From the NCBI GenBank assembly GCA_016928955.1, contig JAFGJV010000047.1, positions 1 through 64,000 of the forward strand: 64,000 bases of DNA. Direction: 5' to 3'. Under the pieces are notes generated by a model. That model saw only the letters and a program-made list of their open reading frames with translations. It searched no databases and had not been told where the DNA came from. The DNA is from Spirochaetales bacterium (GTDB taxonomy: Bacteria > Spirochaetota > Spirochaetia > Treponematales > UBA12059). The position numbers and the translations under genes are program-made. This document shows positions 1-9,486 of this stretch, piece after piece; the first letter of the stretch is position 1, and the number at the start of each line of letters is the position of its first letter.

Positions 1-1483
1 GCGCGCGCCGGCGGACGAGCTTGAGGCGGCCGTGCTTGGGGCGGCAGCCCTGGCCCTGGGCCTGGCTCCCGAGTCCTTAAGCATGGATGACGACTTCTTT
101 GCTTCGGGCGGAGACTCGCTCAAGGCCATGCGGCTAGTGGCCAAGGCCAACTGGGGAGGCCTGGTCGGCATACAGGATGTGTACGAGCGTCGCTCGCCTG
201 CGGCCCTGGCTACCCTCGTGCGCGAACGCCAGGCGGAACGAGTCGAGAGCGCGCGCGCGACCCTGGCCGCCACGGGCACGGCCGCTCGGAGAGTGGCCAT
301 GATGGGCCGTTCGCTCGGGCCCCTGATCCGCTATCACGCGGGTCGGGTCGGAGCGGCCAAGCGGGCGCCCGCGCCGGCGGAAGGCGCAGTGCTTCTGACC
401 GGGGCCACCGGCTGGGTGGGCCTGCACCTGGCGGAAATCATGCTGACAGAGGGGAGCCGCCCCCTGATCGTGCTTGCCCGCGGCAGGGACGACGCGCACG
501 CCGCCAGCCGTTTTGCCGCCGCGTATCGGAAGGCCTTTGGAGCCGAGCCGCCCGCGGATCAGGCAAGACTGTGCGTGCTTAGGGGTGACGTTCGCCGTCC
601 GCGCTTTGGCCTGCCCGAACGCCAGTGGGACGAGCTTGCGGACAGGACGTCGCAGCTCATCCACGCGGCCGCCGTGGTCAAGCATTACGGCGCCGAATCC
701 GAATTCCTGGACACCAACCTGGGGGGAACCGTCCACGCGCTGGAGTTTGCCCGCCATGGTCGCCCTAAGGACCTGCACCATCTGTCCACTCTGAGCGTGG
801 CTGACGGCTTGTCCCTGGACCAGCTCGTGCTCACTGAGGATTCGGCGGCTCTCCCGGGCAATCCGGCCAATCCCTATGTCATGAGCAAGGTCCGCGCGGA
901 AAACGAGCTCCGGGCGTCCGGCTATGACAGACTGTGGATCCACCGCCTGGGCAATATTGTATGCGACTCCCGCGACGGCTCGTTCCAGGCCAATATGGCG
1001 GAAAACGCGTTCTACCGGCTCCTGCGCGCTTTCCTGACTTTGGGCGCCCTTCCTGACCTGCCCATGGCCTCCTTTGATTTCACCTATGCCGACACGGCGG
1101 CCAGGGCCATCAAGGCCATAGCCGACTCCTGCCCGGCGGGCACCTATCACGTGCGCAACCACCGCACCGTGTCGTTCAGGGACCTGGCGGGCCTGCTTTC
1201 CGCCTCGGGCCGGGGCGTAACCCTCGAGCGCCCCAAACAATTCCTTTCCGACGCCGGCCAGGCACTCTCGGACCGGCGCACCGCCGATGACGCGGCTTTC
1301 CTGCTGGCGCGGATGCCCGAGTCGGCGGGCCGGCCCCTTATGGTTCTTTCCGGGAAAACGGCCAGGATGCTGGCCGCCTGTGGTATAGTGTGGCGCAAGC
1401 CCGACCGTTCTCTTGTATCTAGGATGCTGTCCCATGGACAAGCCAGACAATTCTTTCCGAATGTAGGAGGACCTCAATCATGA
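1..1483 (+). CDS. NRPS/PKS-type megasynthase C-terminus (5'-partial): carrier (PCP) domain + terminal thioester reductase (R) domain
   Basis: DDFFASGGDSL phosphopantetheine attachment motif. It is followed by an SDR-type reductase with LLTGATGWVG Rossmann motif, HAAAVV, YVMSK (YxxxK) and HRLGNI. The frame is open to the window edge. Confidence 0.9.
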   Translation, partial: RAPADELEAAVLGAAALALGLAPESLSMDDDFFASGGDSLKAMRLVAKANWGGLVGIQDVYERRSPAALATLVRERQAERVESARATLAATGTAARRVAMMGRSLGPLIRYHAGRVGAAKRAPAPAEGAVLLTGATGWVGLHLAEIMLTEGSRPLIVLARGRDDAHAASRFAAAYRKAFGAEPPADQARLCVLRGDVRRPRFGLPERQWDELADRTSQLIHAAAVVKHYGAESEFLDTNLGGTVHALEFARHGRPKDLHHLSTLSVADGLSLDQLVLTEDSAALPGNPANPYVMSKVRAENELRASGYDRLWIHRLGNIVCDSRDGSFQANMAENAFYRLLRAFLTLGALPDLPMASFDFTYADTAARAIKAIADSCPAGTYHVRNHRTVSFRDLAGLLSASGRGVTLERPKQFLSDAGQALSDRRTADDAAFLLARMPESAGRPLMVLSGKTARMLAACGIVWRKPDRSLVSRMLSHGQARQFFPNVGGPQS

Positions 1484-2343
1484 ACGGACTCAAAACCATC
1501 CGCCTGGCGGCCGTTTTGGCGCTGGGCCTGGCGGCCGCCCATGCCGACGAGCGTGACGCCCTGGATGCCTTCAAGTACGACCCGGCCAAGATGGACGTGG
1601 GCACCTGCTACACGTACCAGCTCGGCAACCAGGCCGGCACCAAGACCATGCAGATATACGTATACGTAAAATCCGAGGACACCCTGCTGGTATACAAGGA
1701 CTACTCGACCATAGCGCCCATGGTGTTCGACGTTGAGGTCCGCTTTGACTGGTCGCGCATGATGTTCGGGGAGGAGTATGGCCTCAATCCCTTCTGGGAA
1801 TTCCGCATGCCCAATACCAACCACGAGAGCATAGGCGTCTGGAACTGGGACAAGAAACGCCTGCCCATAACCATGACCACCTTTGACAGCAAGGGGCGGG
1901 AGAAGAGTCGCGCCATGGTCATAGAGGCCAACCTGTTCCCCACCTTTGACTTCAGCCTCTATCACGTGGACCTGCAGTTCGCGCTCAGGCATTTTGTGGG
2001 CGACGCCGGACCCTGGACGATCGGCGGATTCTACGCGGGCTATTACATAGAGTCTGAACTCAAGCGCGTCCGCCAGGAGATGAAGGACGGCCACCTGTGC
2101 GAGGTGTACGAACTGCGGGGCCTGGGCTTCCTGGGCTGGGTGATGAACATCAAGCAGCGTATATGGGTGGACAAGAACGACCCGTACCGACGCGTCATTC
2201 GCTACGAGAACGACATGAAGATCAGTCCCTTTGACAGCGTCCTCCTCACGCTCAAGGAGTACAAGCACATGAGCCTGGACGAGTGGCACAAGATGGTCGA
2301 GGCCTTCAACAAGGACGCGGCCGGCAGACTTGGCCTGGAGTGA
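1480..2343 (+). CDS. Exported hypothetical protein
   Basis: AGGAGG RBS, ATGA overlap with the upstream gene, Sec signal peptide (..LAAAHA). No family recognised. Confidence 0.75.
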   Translation: MNGLKTIRLAAVLALGLAAAHADERDALDAFKYDPAKMDVGTCYTYQLGNQAGTKTMQIYVYVKSEDTLLVYKDYSTIAPMVFDVEVRFDWSRMMFGEEYGLNPFWEFRMPNTNHESIGVWNWDKKRLPITMTTFDSKGREKSRAMVIEANLFPTFDFSLYHVDLQFALRHFVGDAGPWTIGGFYAGYYIESELKRVRQEMKDGHLCEVYELRGLGFLGWVMNIKQRIWVDKNDPYRRVIRYENDMKISPFDSVLLTLKEYKHMSLDEWHKMVEAFNKDAAGRLGLE

Positions 2344-2347
2344 CGCC

Positions 2348-3418
2348 ATGAAAATCAGACGCATCGTCATAGCTCTGGCGGGCCTTGCCCTGCTCGCCGG
2401 GCCGTGCGCGGCCCAGGAAGAGGACCTGCCCCTGGGCCTGCCCGCCGTGTCGTTCGAGCTCCAGGGCGTTAAATTCTACGGCGTTGGCCTGCGCTTCCTG
2501 TTCAACGAGGTGCCCGGTCTCATGGACGCGCGCCTGTCGCCCCTCTTTGAGGTGGGCGGCGGACGCTGGTCAGAGTACCTGTTCAGGCGCTCCGACGGCA
2601 GCGAATGGGTGCCGGCTCTGGACGACACGGGACTGTCCCTGGCGGCCTATCCCGTGTGGGACGGCCAGGCTGGGCTGGGGCTGTACGCGCGCCTGCGGGA
2701 GAGCCTTCTGGGACTGAACCTGGGCCTGTACGGCGTGTACCGCTTTGAGTACTCGGTGGCGGCGGAAGACGCGGCCGGCACCATAGCCGCGGACGAGGGC
2801 CTTGCGGAACTGGACGGCCTGTTCAGCCATCAGTTTGTGGCGGGTTTTCAGGCCAGGAACGTGGAGGTGCGCAAGCTCAACCAGGTGCGTTCGGGCTGGC
2901 TGGCTGAAATCAGCCTGACCGGAGGCATGGCGGATCCTGGCGACTTCTGGGGCAAGGCCGGCGGCCGCTTTGACGCTTTCCTGCCCATCGTGGACGGAAG
3001 AAGCATTGGCCTGTACGCCGGCGCCAGGATTCTGGCCGAATACCTGGCCGGAGACGGGGCGCCAGCTCGGGAATACCAGCGTTTTGGCGGCTACGATCCG
3101 GTAACGGGCCTGGGCAGCGGGCTCAGGGGCACGGCGCCCGGTCGTTTTGACGGCCGCTTCCGCGCCTTGGCCAACCTGGACCTGCGCCTGTCTTTCCCCG
3201 GCCTGGCCGGCTATTACGTGTTCCCTGGACTGATAGCGTTTGCCGACGCGGGCGTGTCCGACGAGCGCAGCTCCGACCTTCTGTCCAGCGGCGTGCAGGG
3301 TTCCGTGGGCGCGGGCTTTTGGGCGCACATGTTCGGTTTCGACCTGGTGCTGACCTACGCCTGGCACATAAACGAGGAGCGTCCATCCCTGGGCTTTGGC
3401 ATGGGCCTGGCGTTCTGA
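2348..3418 (+). CDS. Omp85/BamA-like outer-membrane beta-barrel protein without evident POTRA repeats
   Basis: Signal peptide, amphipathic strands, LRG..GRFDG and FADAG motifs, C-terminal Phe (GMGLAF). Confidence 0.65.
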   Translation: MKIRRIVIALAGLALLAGPCAAQEEDLPLGLPAVSFELQGVKFYGVGLRFLFNEVPGLMDARLSPLFEVGGGRWSEYLFRRSDGSEWVPALDDTGLSLAAYPVWDGQAGLGLYARLRESLLGLNLGLYGVYRFEYSVAAEDAAGTIAADEGLAELDGLFSHQFVAGFQARNVEVRKLNQVRSGWLAEISLTGGMADPGDFWGKAGGRFDAFLPIVDGRSIGLYAGARILAEYLAGDGAPAREYQRFGGYDPVTGLGSGLRGTAPGRFDGRFRALANLDLRLSFPGLAGYYVFPGLIAFADAGVSDERSSDLLSSGVQGSVGAGFWAHMFGFDLVLTYAWHINEERPSLGFGMGLAF

Positions 3419-3441
3419 TCCGGCACGGAAAGTTGTAGGGC

Positions 3442-4635
3442 ATGGCATTAACCGCGTACGCGCCCAAGGGCTTCAAGGTATGGGCGCTCAAGAAGAAAAA
3501 CCTCACGGCCGCGCTGGTGGGCATGTATTTCACCCTGATGGTGTTCATGAACCTGCTGTCCTCGCTGGAGCGGAACGTGGCTTCCTTCTGGGGCACGGAC
3601 TTCATAGGCGGAGACGTGGCGCTTGCAGCTGGCCAGGAACCATTCGACGTGCTCAGGGCCGTGCCCGTGGAAAACTGGGTGGATATCGGCCGGTTCGGCG
3701 CGGACAATCCGGACCTGGTCTATTCAGCCAGGTCGCGGGTGGGCGTCTTACTGGAGACCACCACGTCGCGGCCGGTCATGCTGGTAGGGGTTGACTGGGA
3801 GCGCGAGGCGGGTATGGGCGGGCATCTGGAACTGCTTGAAGGACGCGCTCCCAATGCTGGCGAGGCGGCCATAGTGCTGCCTGAAAATATCGCCTACGAG
3901 CTCGGGGTCAAAGCCGACGGCCAGTCCACGGTAGACGTGTCGGCCATGACCCTGGACGGCTATCCCAACTACGAGCGCCTGGAGGTGGTCGGCATCCTGG
4001 AAACCAACTCGGCCCTGACCTTTACCGCGGGCGGTTCCTTCCTGGCCTACGCCGACAAGGCCTCGGTCGACGCTCTTGTGCTGGCGCCGGAAAATGCGTC
4101 CAGCGAGGTGCTGGTGTCGGCCGGAAGCGTGGCCCTGGGCCCCTACGACACGACCCCGGGCGCCCGTTCGTTCGGGGTGTCGCGGGTCCTGGACAGCGCC
4201 TACCGTTTCCTGCGCGTCGCCCTGATGGGTTTCATCCTGCTCTTCTCCCTGGCCGTGTCGTATTACAACATAAAGCTGGCCATGCTCCAGCGTCGCAAGG
4301 AGCTGGGCATCTATCTGGCCTTTGGCGCAAACCGGCCTTCCGTGTACGGACTCCTGTTCGCGGAACTGGCGCTGTACTCGCTGGCATGCTGGGCGGCGGG
4401 AGCGGCTCTGGCGGCCCTGGCCCTGGGAGGCATCAACTCCCTGGGCATCAGGGCCGTCAGCGCGTCCGTCCACGTGATACTGGCGGCAGATGCCTTGGTG
4501 GTCGGGTTCAGCTGGCCCCAGGCACTTGCGGCCCTGTTGTTGATGACGGCGGCCGTACTGGCGAGCGCCGTGCCGCCTACCTACAAAACCCTCAACGATC
4601 CCGACATCGTCGAGTCGCTGTACCGGACGCGATAG
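3442..4635 (+). CDS. ABC transporter permease, MacB/FtsX/LolE-like
   Basis: One N-terminal TM, large periplasmic domain (LLEGR), RRKELGIYLAFGA motif, three C-terminal TMs. Confidence 0.85.
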   Translation: MALTAYAPKGFKVWALKKKNLTAALVGMYFTLMVFMNLLSSLERNVASFWGTDFIGGDVALAAGQEPFDVLRAVPVENWVDIGRFGADNPDLVYSARSRVGVLLETTTSRPVMLVGVDWEREAGMGGHLELLEGRAPNAGEAAIVLPENIAYELGVKADGQSTVDVSAMTLDGYPNYERLEVVGILETNSALTFTAGGSFLAYADKASVDALVLAPENASSEVLVSAGSVALGPYDTTPGARSFGVSRVLDSAYRFLRVALMGFILLFSLAVSYYNIKLAMLQRRKELGIYLAFGANRPSVYGLLFAELALYSLACWAAGAALAALALGGINSLGIRAVSASVHVILAADALVVGFSWPQALAALLLMTAAVLASAVPPTYKTLNDPDIVESLYRTR

Positions 4636-4643
4636 GAGAAACG

Positions 4644-5849
4644 ATGTACCTGGTTGCCTGGGCGCTCAAAAACGTGTTCCGCAATCCTCTGCGCAGCGCC
4701 AGAAACGCCGGTTTTGTGGCCCTGGTGTCGTTCATCGTTATGGCGGGGCTGGCCTTTCTGGACGGCACGAACGTCCAGATGAAACGGGGGCTCTCAGCCA
4801 CCTATGGCGACATAACGGTGTCCGAGCGCGTGCCCGGAAAGGGCATAGGACTGCCCGCGGAGACGGCCCTGCTCGATGGCGTGGGTCCGGGAGGCCGGGT
4901 TGCCCGCTTTGTGGCCGGCCAGGCGGAAGCCCTGGGCTCGGGCTCCTGGGCGTCCGTCAAAATCCTGGGCGCGGAGGACGGACAGTCGTCAGCGCTGGCG
5001 GCCACGGTGGATTGGCCAGGCGGCGGACCGGGCAGGCTGGCTGGAGGCGGAGCCTGGCTGCCGGTGTCGTTGGCCGCCAGGCTCGGCGTGGGCGTGGGCG
5101 ACTGGCTGACCCTCAAAACGGCCTCTGACGCCGAACTGATCAACACGGTGGGCGTGGAAGTGAACGGGCTCCTCTCGGGCTCGGAGCTGGCCTATGGCGA
5201 CACGGTCATCATCGACATAACGGACGCCAGGTCGCTGTACATGCTGGAACAGGACCACGTGAGCTTTGCCTGCGCCTTTCTGGCACCCGGAGATGCCGGC
5301 GCAGAGGCCCTGTATTCCCGGCTGTCCGTTGGCTTTTTCAAGAGCGTGATTGTGGAGAGCCTTCTTTTGTACCCCGAGGACGTGTCCGTGTACGACATGT
5401 TCCAGAAGTACCGGATCCTGCTTGTCGCCGCCTTTTCGCTCTGCCTGATCCTGGCGTGCGTGGTGCTGGTACTGTCCACGCGCAACACCTTTTTCCTCTA
5501 CTACCACGCGCGCCGCTCCGAGTTGGCCACGCTCATGACCTTTGGCATGGCCGAGCGCTCGGTGGCCTTCATGGCCTGCGTTGAGGCAACAGCCCTCTTT
5601 TTTCTGTCCATGGTCGCCGTGGTTCCGCTCTGCGCTCTTGCGCACGTGGCCGCCGGCGCCGTGACCTTTTCCGGCCTGGGATGGTCGGATCTGGTGACCG
5701 TGTTCGGGGGGCCGCGCCTGGTCCTGTCATGGTCGCCCGCAACCCTGGGCGCGGCTGCCGTTGTGCTGCTCGTCGTCGTCGTCCTGTCCGCCCTGCGGGG
5801 AGCGCGGACCTTTCTCAGCATGGAAATCAGGCAAGTCGCGCAGGCTTGA
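4644..5849 (+). CDS. ABC transporter permease, MacB/FtsX/LolC-like
   Basis: ALKNVFRNPLRS N-terminus, RRSELATLMTFGM motif. AGGAG RBS before ATG 4644. Confidence 0.85.
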   Translation: MYLVAWALKNVFRNPLRSARNAGFVALVSFIVMAGLAFLDGTNVQMKRGLSATYGDITVSERVPGKGIGLPAETALLDGVGPGGRVARFVAGQAEALGSGSWASVKILGAEDGQSSALAATVDWPGGGPGRLAGGGAWLPVSLAARLGVGVGDWLTLKTASDAELINTVGVEVNGLLSGSELAYGDTVIIDITDARSLYMLEQDHVSFACAFLAPGDAGAEALYSRLSVGFFKSVIVESLLLYPEDVSVYDMFQKYRILLVAAFSLCLILACVVLVLSTRNTFFLYYHARRSELATLMTFGMAERSVAFMACVEATALFFLSMVAVVPLCALAHVAAGAVTFSGLGWSDLVTVFGGPRLVLSWSPATLGAAAVVLLVVVVLSALRGARTFLSMEIRQVAQA

Positions 5850-5864
5850 GCGCGGCGGGAGGAT

Positions 5865-6614
5865 ATGACAGTGCGATCGATTGTTGTGGCTGTGGCCCTT
5901 GCGTGCGCCGCCGTGGCGGCCTGGGGAACGGAGCCTTCCGGGGCCGACGTCATGCGGAAATCCGACGCCACCCTTTTTGGAGACCGGGGCGCGTGGACCA
6001 TGTCGCTGGAAGACCATGACGGCCAGCGGGTCAAAGCCAGCTACACCTTCTCGTGCCTGGCCGGGGGCTCGGACCGCTTCCTCATGGTCGCCGAGCAACC
6101 GGCCGTGATGCGCGGGCAGGCCATCCTGCGCCTGGGCGACACCATCTACCAGTACATCCGGAAAATCGACCGGCTCAAGCAGGTGGCTGCAAGCGTGGCG
6201 TTTTTCAGCTCGTCGTTCTCCATGGAGGACGTGGTAGCCACCAGCCTCTCTGAGTTCTACGATTTCGGCGACGCGGAAGCCCTGGCCTACCAGGGCCAAA
6301 ACGCGTACCGGGTGACCATGAGCGCCCGTAGCCGCTCGGCGGCGTACTCCAGGATCGTGTGCTATGTCTGCGCGTCCGACTACCGGCCGCTGGCGCGCGA
6401 GTACTACGCGTATTCCGGCACCATGGTCAAGCGCCTTGCCTTTGAGGAACAGCGCATGGGCGACGATGGCCGCCTGGCCTATGTTCGGCTGCGCATGGAG
6501 GATGCCCTGCGGCCGCGTTTCTACTCGGTGGTGTCGTTCTCCGAATTCGATTACGCCGCCAAAGTGACCGACGACCTGTTCACCGTGGCTAACCTGAAAA
6601 AGGCCGCACGATGA
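5865..6614 (+). CDS. LolA-like outer-membrane lipoprotein-sorting protein
   Basis: Signal peptide; P..RGQAIL, FFSSSFSMED, EYYAYSGTMVK and DDLFTVANL patterns; context with Lol-like permeases. Confidence 0.75.
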   Translation: MTVRSIVVAVALACAAVAAWGTEPSGADVMRKSDATLFGDRGAWTMSLEDHDGQRVKASYTFSCLAGGSDRFLMVAEQPAVMRGQAILRLGDTIYQYIRKIDRLKQVAASVAFFSSSFSMEDVVATSLSEFYDFGDAEALAYQGQNAYRVTMSARSRSAAYSRIVCYVCASDYRPLAREYYAYSGTMVKRLAFEEQRMGDDGRLAYVRLRMEDALRPRFYSVVSFSEFDYAAKVTDDLFTVANLKKAAR

Positions 6615-7759
6615 GGCGGTGGTACACGACGCTCGCGCTCGCGGCGCTGGTTTTGCCCGGCCTGGCTGCCCAGACTTTCTACGGTGACCTGGCCCTGGGC
6701 CTGGGCTGGCGCCAGCTCAACGGCGACTATGTCCCGCCTGCGCCGGAGGGGGACCTGACTGGCTACCTGTCGGCCGATCTGTACGCGGAATTCCGGGAAG
6801 ACGACGCGTACTCCTTCCTGGCGGCCGTGCGCATGGAAGGTCCCATGGGTAGCGGCCTGGACGCCACCGGAAACCCGGCGTCGTCTCCTCTGGCCTTGAG
6901 CGTCGTTCAGTGCTACCTGAACCTGCCCTTTGATCCCTGGGCGCTGAGCGTGGGCAAACGTTACCGCGAGATAGGCTGGACCGAGCTTTTCAACGTGGCC
7001 AACCTGGTCACGCCCCGGGCCTTTGACGCCTACGATTACCGCAGGAACCCGCCGGCCCAGCTGGACCTGGGAGTGGCTCTGGGTACGGTGTGGCTGTCGG
7101 GCCTGGCCTGGTTCACGGACGCCGCGTCCTGGGAGGACGTGTCCTGGCTCCTGTCAGCCCAAGTGGTTGACGGGGCCGTGGCTGCGGAGGCCGGTGTGTA
7201 CGCCACGGCCACCGGGGACTGGCACGTGTACGCCAGCGGCCGCGCCAACCTGGGCGCCCTGTCCCTGGTGGCCGAGGGCATCCTGGACGGTCTTGCGTAC
7301 AGCGTAGTGCTCGGCCTGGCCCTGGAAACGGGAGGCCAGGACATTCAGCTGGAATACCTGCACCGCTCCCAGGGCTACACGGACACCGAGGCGGATGCTT
7401 TTATAGACGCGGCCCGCACGCTCACGGATCCAGCTGATCTGGCCTCCCATCTGTCCCACTACAGCCGCTTTGCCTTCCGCAAGGACTACCTGGGCCTCAG
7501 CTGGGCCTGGCATTCCTTCTTGCACCCGGATTTGACCCTGGGCATGGACGCCGCGCTCAGCCTGCCGGATATCTGGGCGGCGGCCGCGGACTGGGGCGGC
7601 CTGTCCTGCCTCCTCTCGGCGGGCCTGGACTGGCAGGTCATACAGGCTTTTGTGCTGTCCCTGGACGCCGGCTGGACCCTCGGCGGTATGTCCGGGGAAT
7701 TTTCATCCTTCACGGCGGAACGCGCGCTGGTTACCCTGAGCGGGAGGCTCTCCTTCTGA
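6611..7759 (+). CDS. Putative outer-membrane beta-barrel protein
   Basis: Signal peptide, LSVGKRY..GW motif, aromatic-rich strands, C-terminal Phe (GRLSF). Confidence 0.6.
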   Translation: MRRWYTTLALAALVLPGLAAQTFYGDLALGLGWRQLNGDYVPPAPEGDLTGYLSADLYAEFREDDAYSFLAAVRMEGPMGSGLDATGNPASSPLALSVVQCYLNLPFDPWALSVGKRYREIGWTELFNVANLVTPRAFDAYDYRRNPPAQLDLGVALGTVWLSGLAWFTDAASWEDVSWLLSAQVVDGAVAAEAGVYATATGDWHVYASGRANLGALSLVAEGILDGLAYSVVLGLALETGGQDIQLEYLHRSQGYTDTEADAFIDAARTLTDPADLASHLSHYSRFAFRKDYLGLSWAWHSFLHPDLTLGMDAALSLPDIWAAAADWGGLSCLLSAGLDWQVIQAFVLSLDAGWTLGGMSGEFSSFTAERALVTLSGRLSF

Positions 7760-8715
7760 TGGGCGCATTGATCATTGGCGGACTTGCAAAAATCTACGGC
7801 AAAGGCGCCTCGGCGTGCCGCGCCGTTGACGGGCTCAGCCTGAACCTGCCTCAGGGCACCGTGCTCGGTTTGCTCGGGCCCAACGGTTCGGGCAAGACGA
7901 CCACGGTCAAATGCGCCGCGTCCATCCTGGACTATGACGGGGGTTCCATAGCCTTTGACGGGCTGGACCCGAGGCGCAACCGCGCCCGCTACCTGTCCAG
8001 GTTGGGTGCCGTGCTGGAAGGGGCCAGGAACGTACACTGGCGTTTGGGCGCGCGGGAAAACATGGAGTACTTTGCCGGCCTCCGCGGGATGGGCCGTAAG
8101 GACGCGCGCGGGCGGGCCGCTGAACTAGCGGCCAGGCTCGGCCTTGAGCCCGTGATGAACACCCTGGTGGGCAGACTATCCCGGGGCAACCAGCAGCGCG
8201 TGGCCCTGGCCTGCGCCCTTATGCACAGGCCACAACTCCTGCTCCTGGACGAGCCCACCCTGGGCCTGGACGTGGGATCGGTGGAAGCCGTCCGCTCCCT
8301 GATACCGGCCCTGGCGCGCGACGGGGCGGCCGTACTGGTCACGTCCCATGACATGCATTTGATAGAGGCCGTGTGCGACAAGGTGGCCGTGGTCAGGTCG
8401 GGAGCGGTAATCGCCGATGGCAGTCCGGCGAGCCTGCGGGCCCTGTTCGGAGCCCACAGCCTCCGCGTCAGGGTGCCGGCCTCCGGGGCGGAGCGCATGT
8501 CGGGCATGCTGCCGGGGGCCGTCCGGTCTGAGGACGAGGACGGACACGCGCTGTTCAGCATGCAGGCCGATAGCGCCACAGCGGCGCTGGAGCTGGCCGC
8601 GGCCGTGCACCGAGCGGGCGTGCCGGTGGCGGACGTGGAGCTTGGCCGCCCGAGCCTGGAGGACGCGTTCAAGCAGCTGGTGGCGGGACAGCCGGCCAAG
8701 GAGACTGCGCGATGA
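7759..8715 (+). CDS. ABC exporter ATP-binding protein
   Basis: GPNGSGKTT Walker A, LSRGNQQ signature, LLLDEP Walker B, TSH H-loop. Confidence 0.92.
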   Translation: MGALIIGGLAKIYGKGASACRAVDGLSLNLPQGTVLGLLGPNGSGKTTTVKCAASILDYDGGSIAFDGLDPRRNRARYLSRLGAVLEGARNVHWRLGARENMEYFAGLRGMGRKDARGRAAELAARLGLEPVMNTLVGRLSRGNQQRVALACALMHRPQLLLLDEPTLGLDVGSVEAVRSLIPALARDGAAVLVTSHDMHLIEAVCDKVAVVRSGAVIADGSPASLRALFGAHSLRVRVPASGAERMSGMLPGAVRSEDEDGHALFSMQADSATAALELAAAVHRAGVPVADVELGRPSLEDAFKQLVAGQPAKETAR

Positions 8716-9479
8716 AACATACGCTGAGAGCCCTGCGCGCCGAGGCGGGTCGTTACTGCCTGGAAATGCGGCGCTACCTGATGGACAGCGTCGCGTCGGC
8801 CTTCATCATCATCCTGGTGCTGGTGATGATGCTCAAGGGCATGGATTGGGCCGCTTCCGGCATGGCAGCGTCCACCGCCAGGCTGACCATTGCGTCCAGC
8901 TACCTGGCCTGGGTGTTTGCCTTCCGCTCCATCCAGGCCATAGCCCTGGGCGTGTATGACGAGGTCCAAAAAGGCACCTTTGAGCAGTTGTACCTGTCGC
9001 CTCTGGGCGTGGTGCCCATCCTGCTCACGCGGGCGGTTTTGGAGTTCGTGTTCACGCTGGGTTTGGTGACGCTGGTGTATCTGGCGGCCGATGCCCTGGC
9101 CGGCCTGGGCTTTGGCTCGGGCTTTGGGCAGGCGCTTGGCTACATTCTGGCCGCCCTGCCCGGCGTGTGGGGACTGGGACTCGCGCTGGCTGGCGTCGTC
9201 TTGATAGCCAAGAAATCAGGCTCGCTCCTGGCCATCGTGTCCTACGCGATTATCGGCCTTGCGGCCGTGCCTGGCCTGCCGCTGGGACTCATGAGCTTCC
9301 TCCCGTATTCGGCAGGCGCGTCGGCGGCCCGCGCCGCCCTTGCCGGGTCCGGAGGCACTCCCTCCTGGTGGCCCGCGTTTACGCTGGCCGCGGCGTTTGG
9401 CTGGCTGGCGTTCGGGTTCCTGGTCTGGAAATCGGCCGAAGCCCGGGCGCGCAGGCTGTCGCTCTTTGGGCAATACTGA
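8712..9479 (+). CDS. ABC-2 type permease
   Basis: About six TMs, GTFEQLYLSP motif, translationally coupled to the ATPase. Confidence 0.85.
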   Translation: MKHTLRALRAEAGRYCLEMRRYLMDSVASAFIIILVLVMMLKGMDWAASGMAASTARLTIASSYLAWVFAFRSIQAIALGVYDEVQKGTFEQLYLSPLGVVPILLTRAVLEFVFTLGLVTLVYLAADALAGLGFGSGFGQALGYILAALPGVWGLGLALAGVVLIAKKSGSLLAIVSYAIIGLAAVPGLPLGLMSFLPYSAGASAARAALAGSGGTPSWWPAFTLAAAFGWLAFGFLVWKSAEARARRLSLFGQY

Positions 9480-9486
9480 GTCGCGC

